Of a stretch of DNA of 56,476 bases, positions 13,114-25,433 are shown piece after piece (position 1 is the first letter of the stretch; the number at the start of each line of letters is the position of its first letter). A model generated the notes under the pieces. That model was not told the origin of the DNA and did not search any database. It saw only the letters and a list, made by a program, of their open reading frames with translations. Location of the stretch: contig NW_003314468.1 in NCBI RefSeq assembly GCF_000143415.4, forward strand, positions 1 through 56,476, written 5' to 3'. The DNA comes from Selaginella moellendorffii (Eukaryota > Plantae > Lycopodiophyta). Position numbers and translations under genes: made by a program.

Positions 13114-14243
13114 TGTAAGGAACCAACTCCCTGAGGTGTCGTAGGCTAAAGGATCCCTGAAAGCTTGACTAAAATGACAAAGAGTTTATCAGATGGGACC
13201 AAGTCGGAGATTGAGTCCAAGACCGACTCTGAGACCGAGTTCAAGATAGTGTCCGGGATCGAGTCCGAGGCCGAATCGGAGACCGAGTTCGAGACAGAGT
13301 TCGAGATCCGAATCGGGTCCAAGACCGAGTCCGAGGTCAAGTCCAAAGTCGAGTCCAAGATCGGGTCCGAGATCGAGTCCGAGACCGAGTCCGAGACCGA
13401 GTCCGAAGTCGGGTCCGAGATCAGGTCCAAGATCGAGTTCAAGACCGAGTTCGAGTATTAATACGGGTCAAGGGGTGAAAGCCCACAGCGTGTGTCTTCC
13501 ACGGGGGCACAGGGGGGGGGGGGGGGGGGGGGGGGCTGCAGGGGGTTCCAAAAGTATAGTAGGGATAGTGAGGTCTAAGAACCAATCTTGAAGGAACTCT
13601 CCAGTGGTGCTTCCAAACTAACTTGAGGTTAAGACTGGGGCCGAGGGGCCTTGGGTGGGAGTGAGCATGGACTTGGGTGGTGCCAGAAGGGCCACCCAAG
13701 GAAGTGCTCAAGAGCAGCTCCCACTCCTAAAAGGTAAACCGACTACAGTGCTCCCGGCTCATGTGGAGTGGTGCCCCACTTAAGTACCTTGTGGCTCATT
13801 AGTCCTCGCCCTTCCTAGGGGCTTGGGCCTTCCCTTTGGGATGGAAGTGGGGGGGGGGGTTAGAGGTACCCATACCGGGCTGTTAGACCACGGTGTTTCG
13901 CCCTGGCGTCCTGAAGCAAGTGTTGCACCCAAGGCATCAAGTTTTGTTATACCAAGGGATGTTAGGAACCTGGAGGTTTAGTGTGCTTGGCTGCTTGTGC
14001 CTACGGGGAGTGTAGCCAAACCTTAAGTCCAGTCTAACCCGGGGAAGGGGATTGGGAGAGATTTGGGAATCCGTGGATGGATGGCTAACGCTCCGTTGCT
14101 CATGCAGTGAGTAGTTGAAACTAAGTAGGAGCTGGTACAATAGGCAGGAACCTTGGTGAGGGAACTTAGCAAAAGCCAAGGTAGTGTTGATCGGATAGAC
14201 AAGGTAAGCTGGCAAATTGGAAAGGAAAAATTTGTGGCTTACA
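13114..14243 (+). repeat. 5' LTR of gypsy A (~1130 bp), with 12-bp tandem repeats and poly-G tracts
   Basis: TGTAAG...CTTACA. The last ~285 bp (13960-14243) match 33709-33915 + 35082-35168. A PBS follows. Confidence 0.8.
13195..13456 (+). repeat. Minisatellite of 12-bp units (GAGACCGAGTCC-like)
   Basis: About 20 degenerate units are visible. They produce the spurious ESETE-repeat ORFs. Confidence 0.85.
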
Positions 14244-14246
14244 ATT

Positions 14247-14259
14247 TGGTATCGGAGCC
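14247..14259 (+). promoter_or_regulatory. Primer binding site (tRNA-iMet)
   Basis: TGGTATCGGAGCC, 3 nt after the LTR's CA; one mismatch to TGGTATCAGAGCC. Confidence 0.9.
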
Positions 14260-14302
14260 TTTTCCTCAGTTCTAGCGAAGGATAGAGGCAGATTGCTGGG
14301 AG

Positions 14303-15766
14303 ATGGCAAAGGTAGGGCGCAAGCGAACCCAGGCGGAGACGGAACCTCTGCCGGAGTTGGAGCCTCCAGTCAAACAAGAGGCTATGGATGAGGAATCCTT
14401 GCATGAGTAGGACTCTAGTGAGGAAACTTCCAAATAGGAGTTCAGTGGTGAGGTTCGGTCATCCAAGGCTCGATTGGACGTTCTAGAAGGACAATTGGCA
14501 CAGACCAATGCCCTGCTGGAGACTCTCGTACGCAAGCTAAAGCGTGATGAGAAGCGGAAGAAAAGGCAAAAGACTGCAGAGGCTAGCAGTGTAGAAGGTG
14601 CGACCCTTTGGCAGGGACTGAGGCAAAACCAGACAAGGTCAAACATATCGAAGTGGAATCAGTCCCTCAGGCAATTCCCAAGTACAAACCAGAGCCCCCA
14701 CCGGTCTTCAAGGGAGTGAACGACTATAAGGTGGTGAAGGATTGGTTTTATGATATAGAGGAGTACTTCTGAGTGTTGCGGTTACCGAGCTCGGAGAAGG
14801 TCCCATGTGCAAAACCATACTTGGCAGATAATGCCAAGTCTTGGTGGAGAACGACGGAGGCCAATGAAGGATCGGTGGCCACTTGGGAAATGATGAAGGC
14901 GAGGATCCACGCAACATACGTTCCTTCGAATGCTACTCTGCACCTAAGGGATGAGCTGAGTAGGCTGAAGCAGACCGGAACCATTCAGGAGTATGTGAAT
15001 GAGTTTATGGCAAAGAGGATGCTTGTCACGGATATGGGTGATATGGATGCATTCCATGCCTTCATATCAGGCTTGCAAACCTGGGCTCGCGGCGAGGTGA
15101 TGCGTTGGAACCCGACCAATTACAAAGAAGCATTAGATGTGGCTATCAAGGTGCATTTCAACGATAATCTACGAAAGGGGAACACGACGGGGTCAGGGTC
15201 CACATTTAGCAAAGGGGCCAAACCAAGAGGAATATATAGCAAAGGGAAATTCAAGAAGAGTTTCACTAAGAATGAGTCCTCGGGGTTCCAGAAAGGAAAA
15301 TCCAGTGGCCAGCGAGCGAGTACGTGGGGGAGTCAAGGAAAAAGAGATAAACCCACGGATAAGAAGGTTAAGTGGTTTAGCAGCATGGGAAACAACGTAT
15401 GCTACAACTGTGGTGAAGCGGGACACTTTTTGAGGGAATGTCCTTACCCAAAGAAGGCTAGAGCTAATATAGCCATTAAGTCAGGTGAAATCCAAATTGA
15501 GGTATGTGATTCAGTCCCTAGCTCAAAGTTACTCATTACACCAGCAACTTTGGTAGAAAGTCGTTTGCGACATCTACTAGCCCTTCGAGGGAAGCTCGGA
15601 GGTAACTTTGTTAAGATCCTTATTGACACGGGTGCTTCGGATAATTTTGTGGCTGCAGACATAGTCTGGCAAGCCAGATTAATGGTGCAGCGGTTGGGCA
15701 ACCCAAGGACTATAGAGTTTGCAAAGAGCCAAAGCACCAATGAGGTACTTCGACAAGCGAGAGTCG
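14303..15766 (+). pseudogene. gag: gag + partial aspartic protease, first tandem copy
   Basis: AKSWW capsid-like motif, LKQTGTIQEY, zinc knuckle CYNCGEAGHFLREC and protease LIDTGAS. In-frame stops. Confidence 0.9.
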
Positions 15767-18700
15767 ACAAGCGCGAACCCAGGCAGAGACGGAACCTCTG
15801 GCAGAGCTGGAGCCTCCGGTCGAACAAGAGGCTATGGATGAGGAATCCTTGCATGTGGAGGACTCCAGTGAGGAAACCTCCAAACAGAAGTCCGGTGGCG
15901 AGGTTCGGTCGTCCAAGGCTCAATTGGACGTTCTGGAAGGACAATTGGCGCAGACCAATGCCCTGCTGGAGACTCTCGTACGCAAGCTCAAGCGTGACGA
16001 GAAGCGGAAGAAAAAGCAAAAGACTGCAGATGCTGGCAGCACAGAAGGTGCGGACCATTTGGCAGGGATTGAGGCAAAACCAGACATGGTCGAACAGACT
16101 GAAGTGGAATCAATCCCTCAGGCAGTTCCCAAGTACAAACCAAAGCCCCCATCGGTCTTCAAGGGAGTGAACGACTATAAGGAGGTGGAGGATTGGTTTT
16201 ACGATATGGAGGACTACTTCTAAGCGTTGCGGTTACCGAGCTCGGAAAAGGTCCCATGTGCAAAACCATACTTGGTAGATAATGCCAAGTCTTGGTGGAG
16301 AACGACGGAGGCCAACAAAGGACCGGTGGCCACTTGGGAAATGATGAAGGTGAGGATTTGCACGACTTACGTTCCTCCGAATGCTACTCTGCATCTAAGA
16401 GACGAGCTGAGTAGGCTGAAGCAGACCGGAACCATTCAGGAGTATGTGAATGAGTTTATGGCAAAGAGGATACTTGTCACGGACATGGGGGATATGGACG
16501 CGTTCCATGCCTTCATATCAGGTTTGCAAACCTGGGCTCGCGGTGAGGTGATGCGTTAGAACCCAACCAACTATAAGGAAGCATTGGATGTGGCCATCAA
16601 GGTGCATTTCAACGATAATCTGTAAAAGGGGAACACGACAGGGTTGGGGTCCACGTTTAGCAAAGGGGCCAAACCAAGGGGAACATATAGCAGAGGGAAA
16701 TTCAAGAAGAGTTTCTCTAAGAATGAGTCCTCGGGGTTCCGAAAAGGCAAATCTGGCGGCCAGCGAGCAAGTACGTGGGGAAGTCAAGAAAAAAGAGAAA
16801 AACCCACGGATAAGAAGGTCAAGTCGTATAACAGCGTGGGAAACAACATATGCTACAACTGCGGTGAAGTGGGACACTTTTCGAGGGAATGTCCCTACCT
16901 AAAGAAGGTCAGAGCCAATATGGCCATCAAGTCGGGTGAAGTCCAAACTAAAGTATGTGATACAGTCCCTAACTCAAACTTATTCATCACACGAGCAACT
17001 TTGGTAGAGAGTCGTTTGCGACATCTACTAGCCCTCCGAGGGAAGCTCGGAGGTGGCTTTGTTAAGATCCTTATTGACACGGGTGCTTCAGATAATTTTG
17101 TGGCTGCAAATATAGTCTAACAAGCCGGACTAACGGTGCAGCGGCTAGGCGACCCAAGGACTATAGAGTTTGTTCAAGATAGCCAAAGCACTGAGGTACT
17201 TCGACAAGCGAGAGTCGAAGTAGGGACATGGAAAATGGACATGGATTTCACCGTGTTGGACATGGCGGGATTTGATGTGATTTTTAGAATGGACTAGTTC
17301 AATCAGTTCGTGGTAGCCCTACATGGACAAGGTAGAAACCTTGTGGTACTGGCGAATGCCCAAGGAAGAAGATAGGGTGGAGGCCCAAGATCTAAAGGTA
17401 GGGCAAAGCAAGGCCAAAGATTCCTGCTTAAACCTGGTGTCCACGAGAGGACAACTCACTAAAGGAACTGAGGCAGCATTTTTGTGCTTACTCTTGGCGA
17501 AGAGTGACAAAAAGACAGAAATGAAAGAAGTACCTTTAGTGATCAAGCGGGTGTTGGACCAATTCCAAGATACCATGCTAGAGGAGCTACCGGCGGGGTT
17601 GCCCCCCACACGACTGATAGAACATAAGATTGAGCTGGTCGAGGGTGTTGAGGCGGTGGTTCATCCCCCCTATCGTTTGAACAAAAAAGAACTTGAGGAG
17701 CTCAAGTGCCAACTAGAGGAGTTGGTGGACAAAGGGTATGTTAGGTTGAGCAAGTCACCATATGGGGCGCCGGTGTTATTTGTGAAAAAGAAAGATGGAT
17801 CTATGCGCATGTGCATAGACTACCGGTTGCTCAACAAATATACAAAGAAGAACAAGTACCCTTTGCCAAGGATTGAGGACCTGTTTGATAGGTTGGGAAA
17901 GGCAAAATACTTCTCGAGGATCGACCTAAGGTCAGGATACTACCAGATTAGGGTAGCAGAGGAAGATGTCAAGAAGACAACCTGTCAAACCAAGTATGGG
18001 AGCTTTGAGTTTCTGGTAATGCCCTTTGGGCTGTGGAATGTGCCGGCAACATTTTCAGCGTTAATGAACCATATCTTTGTACCCTATCTGGATCACTTTG
18101 TGGTCGTCTATATCGACGACATCCTGATCTATAGCGAGATGCTAGAGGAGCATGCCGAACACTTGGCGAAGGTGTTTGAAAAACTAAGGGAACACAAACT
18201 ATATGCTAAAGAGAGTAAATGTGACTTTGCTCAACAAGAGGTAAAGTTTCTTGGGCATGTGGTGGGCCAAGACGGGCTCAAGGTGGACCCGGAGAAGGTC
18301 CAAGCGATCCAGGAATGGGAGTGACCATCGAATGTACATGAGTTGAGGGCGTTCTTGGGGCTATGCAACTACTATCGAAAGTTTATCAGACACTATTCGA
18401 GAGTAGTCCTGCCCTTAACGGACCAAACAGGAAAATGGAAGATGGTATGGACAGCGGAATGCGAGGCGGCATTCGTCCACCTCAAAGGGAAGTTGAGGAA
18501 GGCTCCCGTGTTGGCATTACTAGACTTTGGTAAGGACTTTGAGGTAGAAACGGATGCTTTGGACTTTGTGTTGGGCGCAGTTTTGAAGCAAGACAACCAT
18601 CTAGTAGCGTTCTTCTCAAAGAAGTTGGACAAGGCTCAACAGAAGTGGCCTGCCCACGTGAAGGAATTGTTTGCGGTGGTCAAGGCACTCAAGGAGTGGC

Positions 18701-19570
18701 AACACTACCTTGGGAGACACTTCAAGGTTTACACGGACAATGTGGCAACGAAACACTTCTTGTCACAGCCCGACCTGAGAGGGAAACAAGGTCGGTGGGC
18801 CAATGCCTTGGCCGAGTTTGATTGTGAGATTTTGTACAAGCCTGGGAAGAGCAACATCGTGGCGGATGCGCTAAGTTGAAAAGCGAGCTTGAGGTTGGCG
18901 ATATCTAGCGCAACAGCAATCTTCTGGGATGATGTGCGGACAGCATATGAGAATGATGGTCTAGCACAAGAAGTGTTGCTGAGGAATCTAGAGGCACGGG
19001 AAGCTCACCAGAGAGGTGAGCTGCCAACGGAAGAGAAAATGGGTTATGCGGAACGCAATGGACTCATCTATTATAAGCAAACGAGGGTGTATGTTCCAGA
19101 AGGGGAACTAAGGAAGGTAGCCTTAGAAGAGTGTCATGACGGACCTCTTGCGGGACACGGCGGAGTGCCCAAGACGATGGGCTTACTCAAGAGGAAGTAC
19201 TATTGGCCCAATATGGCTAAGGACGTCTAAGATTATATAAAAACATGTCCAACATGTCAGCAGGTCAAAGCCGTGACTAAGGCTAGTGGGGGCTTGTTGC
19301 AAAGCATCCCAATTCTAGATCGTCTGTGGAAATGCCTTACGATGCCCCTCAAGCGAGGGGTTTGATGCGATATTCGTGGTGGTGGACCGATTTTCAAAAA
19401 TGGCACATTTCATACCCACCACAACGGAAGTGGATGCGGAAGGTGTGGCGAAGCTGTTCTTTGAACAAGTGGTTCGAGTGCGGGGAAGGCCAGAGGAGAT
19501 CATCTCAGATCGAGATAAGATCTTCACTAGTAGGTTCTGGAGGACTCTCTTGGAACAATATCGCACCAAG
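15767..19570 (+). pseudogene. pol: gag-pol (gag, protease, RT, RNase H, N-terminal integrase), second copy
   Basis: CCHC knuckle, [33 protein letters not shown], RNase H ETDA...ELFAVV...YTDN, integrase HHCC (ECHDGPLAGHGG...CPTCQ), [11 protein letters not shown] and IISDRD. Confidence 0.95.
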
Positions 19571-19594
19571 AAGCTCTATTTCGTTAAAGTGGGA
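19571..19594 (+). repeat. Left TIR
   Basis: AAGCTCTATTTCGTTAAAGTGGGA. Confidence 0.95.
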
Positions 19595-20012
19595 ATTGTC
19601 ATTATCCCACTTGTAAAATAAGGTTTCCAAACCTTTATATAGTATATAAATATAACAAAATTCAACTGCATTGAGGCACATGCCATTTTATTTTAAACAA
19701 GGAAATGTCTACTCAATCACTTCTCCTCCCCCTGCCACTGCTTCACCTCTCTCTTCTCCTTGTCATCGTCGTCCAATTTCTTTCCATCCTTTTAATATTG
19801 GCTCAGTTGCTCCGAGTCTAGGTGGAGCCCAAGTCCCCATTCAATCTTTACTTTCCCATTATTAATAAAACAACTTCGTAGACTTCCAATAACATGCTGT
19901 AACACTTCTAGTATAATGCAAATCCTCTCAAAGAATTGTCTTTTAATATTAATACAATTGCATGGAACCCCATGCCATAATAAGTTACATTTTTAAATAA
20001 ATACATGCCATC

Positions 20013-20875
20013 TCAGACTGTTATTTTTTGCCTCCAACGCCTATACAATAATCTTGGAATTTCATCACTCTCCACACTATCAGGATTTAAACCCAATAGT
20101 AATGCCATCTCTTCTCTAATACGTCCACGCTCATGTTCAGTGGTCGAAGAACCCATCCGGTTGAGCAGATTATGGAGATGCGGATAGTGCTTGGCTAGAC
20201 AATATACATGCCATAAATGATGACTGGTGTCTGTCCGATCAAATGGCTTTTGATATACCATTCCATCTACCATTTGGTTGATTTCTGCAGCCACCTCCTG
20301 GACTGGCCGGTTCTCTATCACCATCGCTCCAAGCCGTTTTGCAAGGTCCCCCAGAATATACGGTTTCTTCTCCCTAGTTTCCATACTGCAAGAGATGGGG
20401 TGCACTGCATATGTGTGCGTGTTCGCTGCAGTTTTAATCGGCGAGTCATCGATGATGAGGATTTCACTTGAGCTAGCAGTCCGGTTCATCACTACAGCCT
20501 CTGGCTTGACGAAGATGGGCTTGCTACCCCTCACATGGACCATAGTCAAGCAATCCTCCTGCGTTAGGAGAAAGTCAAATGGTAATATTACTCGCGTCTG
20601 ATCGTGCATCATCTGTAGCAACGTTAATGCATTGTGGCGCATCATGGATGTCCAAACTCCCAATTGCAAATTGAACCTGGCCCTCTGTTTTAAGTGTCGC
20701 ATGGTCATTATTAGATCCCGCAGTTTCTCCCGTGTGATTAATGTGAATCTGTCTCTTTTGACCAACTTGCGACCGCAGGCTTTGGAGGGTGCAATGACAT
20801 TCGAGGACGAGCCACGCTCATGGGAGAAAAGGACACCGTTCAGATCAAAAACGATACAGTACCTTCGCCGTGACT
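20013..20875 (-). CDS. Terminal exon: FCP1/SCP (NIF) HAD-family phosphatase-like domain
   Basis: HAD motif I variant DLNGVL, motif II WTS, motif III K and motif IV IDDSPxK. Confidence 0.8.
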
Positions 20876-23800
20876 CTGAAATGAAATGCGTCAGCATAAA
20901 AAATGGTACAAGTCAATTTTACCATCTACAATATTAGCGAATGTTGCTCCCGATGGTCGTTGAGAGGGTTTTGGTCGAGGAAACGTGAAGGGCGGAAATA
21001 CTCTCCTCTGCAATGTGGGGTCAATCGCATCCGATGGGGTCAATCGCATCCGATGGCGTGTGGGCACATGCCATTTCAGCTGTAGACTCTGGTACAACTG
21101 GCTCAACAGTGGCATGGGGTGGTTCCGATGACGTGTGATCACACGCCATTTCAACTGGTGCCTCCGTTGGCAAAGTGGACATGACCGAACAGGCAGCAGG
21201 GGCGGTGTAGGGAGGTTCCAACGGCACGTAGTCAGACGATTGGGCACACGTTGAGTCCGTTGGAAATGAGGATACGACCGGCTCGGCGGCTGGGGCGGCC
21301 TCATGTGGGTCCAATGGCGCCTGGTCACCGTCAGTTGGATACGTGGACAAGATTGACTCAGTGGTATGGGCAGCATCAAGTGGAGCGTGGTCAGCTTGCT
21401 TGGCGTTGATATGGATAGTAGCCTCCACCAGCTCTGATGACTCTTGCAGCCAAGTAGAGTCCACTGGCGGATCCATATGCATGTCCAAATATCTCCCTTC
21501 GATTGAGATGGTATCCTCCCGTGCTACTAAAAACAAACTCATTAGCACATTGAATCGACTATACTGTATTTACCATCAACTGCTATTGAGGGACTAGGAC
21601 CGATATCACTTGAGCGCACTGCTGATTCTGAAGGATTGGACATACGTTTCGACCCTTGCTTGGCACTATCCTTCCTCGACACTAAAGGCTAGAGTTTGTA
21701 AATTCAACTGAATAATCTCTACTTACCATTTGCTCTGCGACCTACATGGACAATGTTAGAAATGGTAAAAGGTTAGGAATGGATGTATTATTATTTACCT
21801 GATGGTTTGTCTTGTATGACCTTCCTCCGCCGCTCTTTGGCCACCTCAGGCTGGCCATCGTCGTCATCATCGTCGTCGTCGTTATTGTGATCGTCACCAT
21901 TGTGAGGACCATCCAAGTCCTCTTCGTCCTCCTCTTCTTCGTCCTCCTCTTCTTTGTCCTCCTCTTCGTCCTTCTGCTCTTCCTGCTCATTATCTTTCTC
22001 TGGCTCCTCATCCCCCTCCTGCATTTCTTCCATAGGCTGCTCAGGCTGGATGGCTTGTTCTTCCAGGACCATCTTGGGAAAATCATCTGGCCGAGTCTCC
22101 ATCTCAAAATACAAGACATCCATAGCCTGTTTTAGTGCGTGACCTAGGACCGTATCCTCACCCGACTGTCTTAACATGGTTTCTGCACGTTCTTGCACCC
22201 TTCGAAGACGACGAGATGAGAAAAACGTGGCCCTGCCTTGAAAAGCATCCCTCATCCATTGTACCTCTCCATTGAGATTGGGGAAGGGGAGTCCGCCATA
22301 GGAATCTGAGTCATGAGGTGGTGACTGCCTGCTTTCACTCAGCCCTTGATCTGCAATGAATGGCATGAGCACACACGCCATAACCGCAAGGCATTACCTA
22401 TCATCTTTTCGTTGCCCTTCTTCCTTTTCGAATCAAACGCCTCTGATCTCGACGACTGTCCAACGTGCTTTCGCTTTTTATGACCACTGTCAGTTTGAGC
22501 TTGGCTGGTGCTTGCCTGTTTTGCCTTTGAAGAAGTTTCTCCTGCAAGGAATGGCATGAGACCACACGCCATTGCAAATATAATTTGTACCTCCTTTTTT
22601 CCTATTGCTTTTCTGTTTGTCCTTCTTCGATGCGCCACCAGTGCGCTTTTCAGTCCTCGTGTCTGAATATTCACAACGATCTATAATCAAAATGGCGTGA
22701 GGCCTCACGTGACCTTACCTTGTGCAGGTTGTGAGCTCGGCCCAACATGGGTATCTTCAACAGTAGCTGTTAACGCCATTTCAGCATCTGGGGGTGGCCA
22801 CGCTCCTGCATACAGAGCTTGTGAGATAACATTTAAACTTAAAGTGCGTACTCACCAGGTTCGCAGAGAAGATACTGTTTTTCTTTGGCAACTGTAATTA
22901 TATGCTCCATTGAAGTCACCTCTTCAATGGAGTTTGTCACCGCAACACACGGGACACCCTTGAGTAGTGCGGCTCGAAAGAATAGTCCGCCGCAGTTGTA
23001 CTCGACAACGCATTTGCCCTTGGAGTCGGAAGCAGGTGACCCACCCGCTATTGCGTTGAAGACCCAGCTGAGCATTTCCCATGCTGCACCTGGAGCTTTC
23101 TTTGGATTCGAAAGCTCCATAGCCGTCTTCAGTTCCTCAGGCATGGGTAAATTGACCTCCCTCAGGTCAATTCGATTGGCCTTGTCGAACGAAGCTGGGA
23201 AGTCACTCCAGTCCCACTCTACTGTAGGACCAATAACAAGGGCGAGTGTGAAGATGCGGACATTCGTCGGTATCTTCTTCTTAGCCATTATCCCATGGAT
23301 CTCCCGCATCTCCTTGCCTTTCAACTGAGCCTTCACCTCGTTCAAGGCCTTCCAGAACTTGTGATAGGATTCGGAGTCGTAGATCATATAGTGGACTGAA
23401 GATTCCACCTCCGCAAGTCCCACCATTAAGTCAATGATGGAGCTGACTTCGTCTGCATGAGTGATCTCCTCGTTTGTGAAGTCCATCACACAAAAGATGT
23501 TCTTGACCTGCTCATCTCCGTGGGAAACGATGCTCCTCCACCTTTGATCCTCATCCGAATTCAAGTATACCCAGTAAGGTTCTCGATAGGCCTCTACTGC
23601 GGGGTCGAGCTGTTTCTGAAGCCGGCGGTCGACATCAATCTTAATGAAATTTGGATACTGATCCAACTTCTCAGCTTTACTTTTCGTGGCATCCCGCAGC
23701 AGATCGATGAACTTGGGGGCCCCCTTCACGTACTCGTCGATGTCTTCATTTGACAACTCCAGCGCTTCCATCATCTCTTGCGTGGTGTCGATGCTCACCC

Positions 23801-25433
23801 TCTCCACGGCCACTTGCTCGAAGATCCAATCCTTCAATAGCGCACGAGCTCTCAGAGTCGTGCACAAGTCCTCGTATGTCACAATATGGCCGGGAGTCAT
23901 TTTGGTCTTGTTGAAGACAACCTCACCACGTAGAAGAGCATTAGCCACTGTCAGAAGGTCGTCGTCGTCTAGAGACCGCGAGAAACGCAAGGCGTTGAGC
24001 TTCAAATCATTGGGCTTCCGGCCGTCCTCCACACCCATTGAGTTTGGCAACTCCCCGTCATAGTACCTCCTCAGCACATCTACCCATTTGTCAAAAACAA
24101 CTTTTGTCGCGAGTAGAATGTTATGGATGCTGAGTGTGTTATTGACCCCCAGTGTTTTCGAGAGAAAACTCGAGAATTCCTGCAATGGAAATGGCGTGAG
24201 GCCACATGCTATGCCACATACAACGAGGCTTACCTGCCAGGCGCTAGTTGCTAGTGCACGTCCTTGTCCTGGTTTTTGTGGCTTCTTCAGTTGAACCCAG
24301 AGCTTCCGTGTTCGTGCCAATGTCTCGTGCAGACCCGATTTGTAGCACGTTTCTTGCTTGACATTCTGCGCGTGGGAGATGTATATGATAGATCGGAGGG
24401 GCGAGTTGCCTTTTATCAGGCGGACAACTCTTGTCTTGAAGACTTTCTTCACCTCCTCGCCCACCATAATATCCACAACTATCTCTTGCATCGCCAAGCT
24501 AGAATGCTGCCCGGAGACGGCATAGAACCGGATGTTCTGATCATCCAACACCTTCCTATTGATCAAGTCTGGAAACCTCATCTCGCCCTTCATTTTTTGG
24601 TAGTAGGGGATCACGTCTACAATGTCGGGTGTTACTGGACTTGCCAGCATCTTCTGCTTCAATTTCTCCACCCACTCATCAGATACTAGCCTGTGGTTGT
24701 ATTTGCTTTGGATGTCGATACGGCTCACGTCGATTGTATATACTTTGTTGGAATAGTAATAAGTACTATTATCTGCGACGATTTTTGCTGCCTCTTCTTG
24801 CTCTTTCTGCTCTTTGCGGCTCTTCTTTTTGGTGGGTGTAGTGTTCGAACCCGAGGCAATGGCATCACTGAGTAGCTTCTTTTTTGGAGCAGGAGAGTCA
24901 GACGTCGGCTTGAGCTTGACCACCCTTTTCTGCTTCGAGGTAGTTTCCAAATCGACCCCCTTCCCCTTTGCTTCGCGAACTGGAGTCACTCTCAACGGCT
25001 CAATGTTGGAATATAGTTTTTGAACATCGCCGTAGGTGAGGTCCGTGGATTCCATGTGATCTTCATAGACCCGCAGCATCTTTGAAATTGTGGGCCTCCT
25101 GGACAACCTCTCCCTAGCTCCCTCTAGGAATTCCTCATAGCCGCTGCCCCCCTCCGGGAAGCTGCTAGGATGTGCAAGGTGGATCTTGAAGGCAGACGCT
25201 GTCTCTACCACAAGTGCCAGTCCATATTCTTGCATGGAACTGCATGGAGTGTCTGTCACTTGGATGAGGATCCCCATGCATTCTTTTCTTCCACCATCTG
25301 TGTTGTACAGCCTCAGATCCTCGCCTTCCATCCCGAAAGTCCAACTGGTGAGCTCCTCCCCCTTCTCTGCATCCACATTGACAGTGGCTGGAAGAAGAAC
25401 GCAATTCCTCGCCTGTTCAGAAATGCACAACAA
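20013..25433 (-). CDS. Transposon cargo gene: ParB/Srx-like domain + degenerate DNA-MTase-like domain + acidic/low-complexity linker + FCP1/NIF HAD phosphatase (>=1650 aa; one 19-bp frameshifting duplication; true start not located)
   Basis: Predicted GT-AG introns at 24180-24233, 22806-22855, 22681-22718, 22542-22590, 22351-22397, 21742-21798, 21682-21726, 21527-21573 and 20876-20922. Internal exons are 87, 90, 144, 552, 15, 108 and 585(+19) bp, all phase 1-1, and join without stops. Motifs: FYAVSGQHS; CVVEYNCGGLFFRAALLKG; IVFDLNGVLF...GVWTS...VKP...ILIIDDSPIK. Confidence 0.7.

Noticed and set aside
13146-13461. ESETE/SDSVS-repeat ORFs on both strands
   Set aside because: By-products of a 12-bp minisatellite in the LTR.
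13960-14243. Short 284-bp LTR as the true 5' boundary
   Set aside because: The flanks AGGGA and CCTTT do not form a TSD, whereas a start at 13114 gives TSD CCTTT and TGTAAG/CTTACA ends.
14773-16170. 465-aa ORF as an intact gene
   Set aside because: A chimeric read-through of gag-PR across the duplication junction, preceded by in-frame stops.
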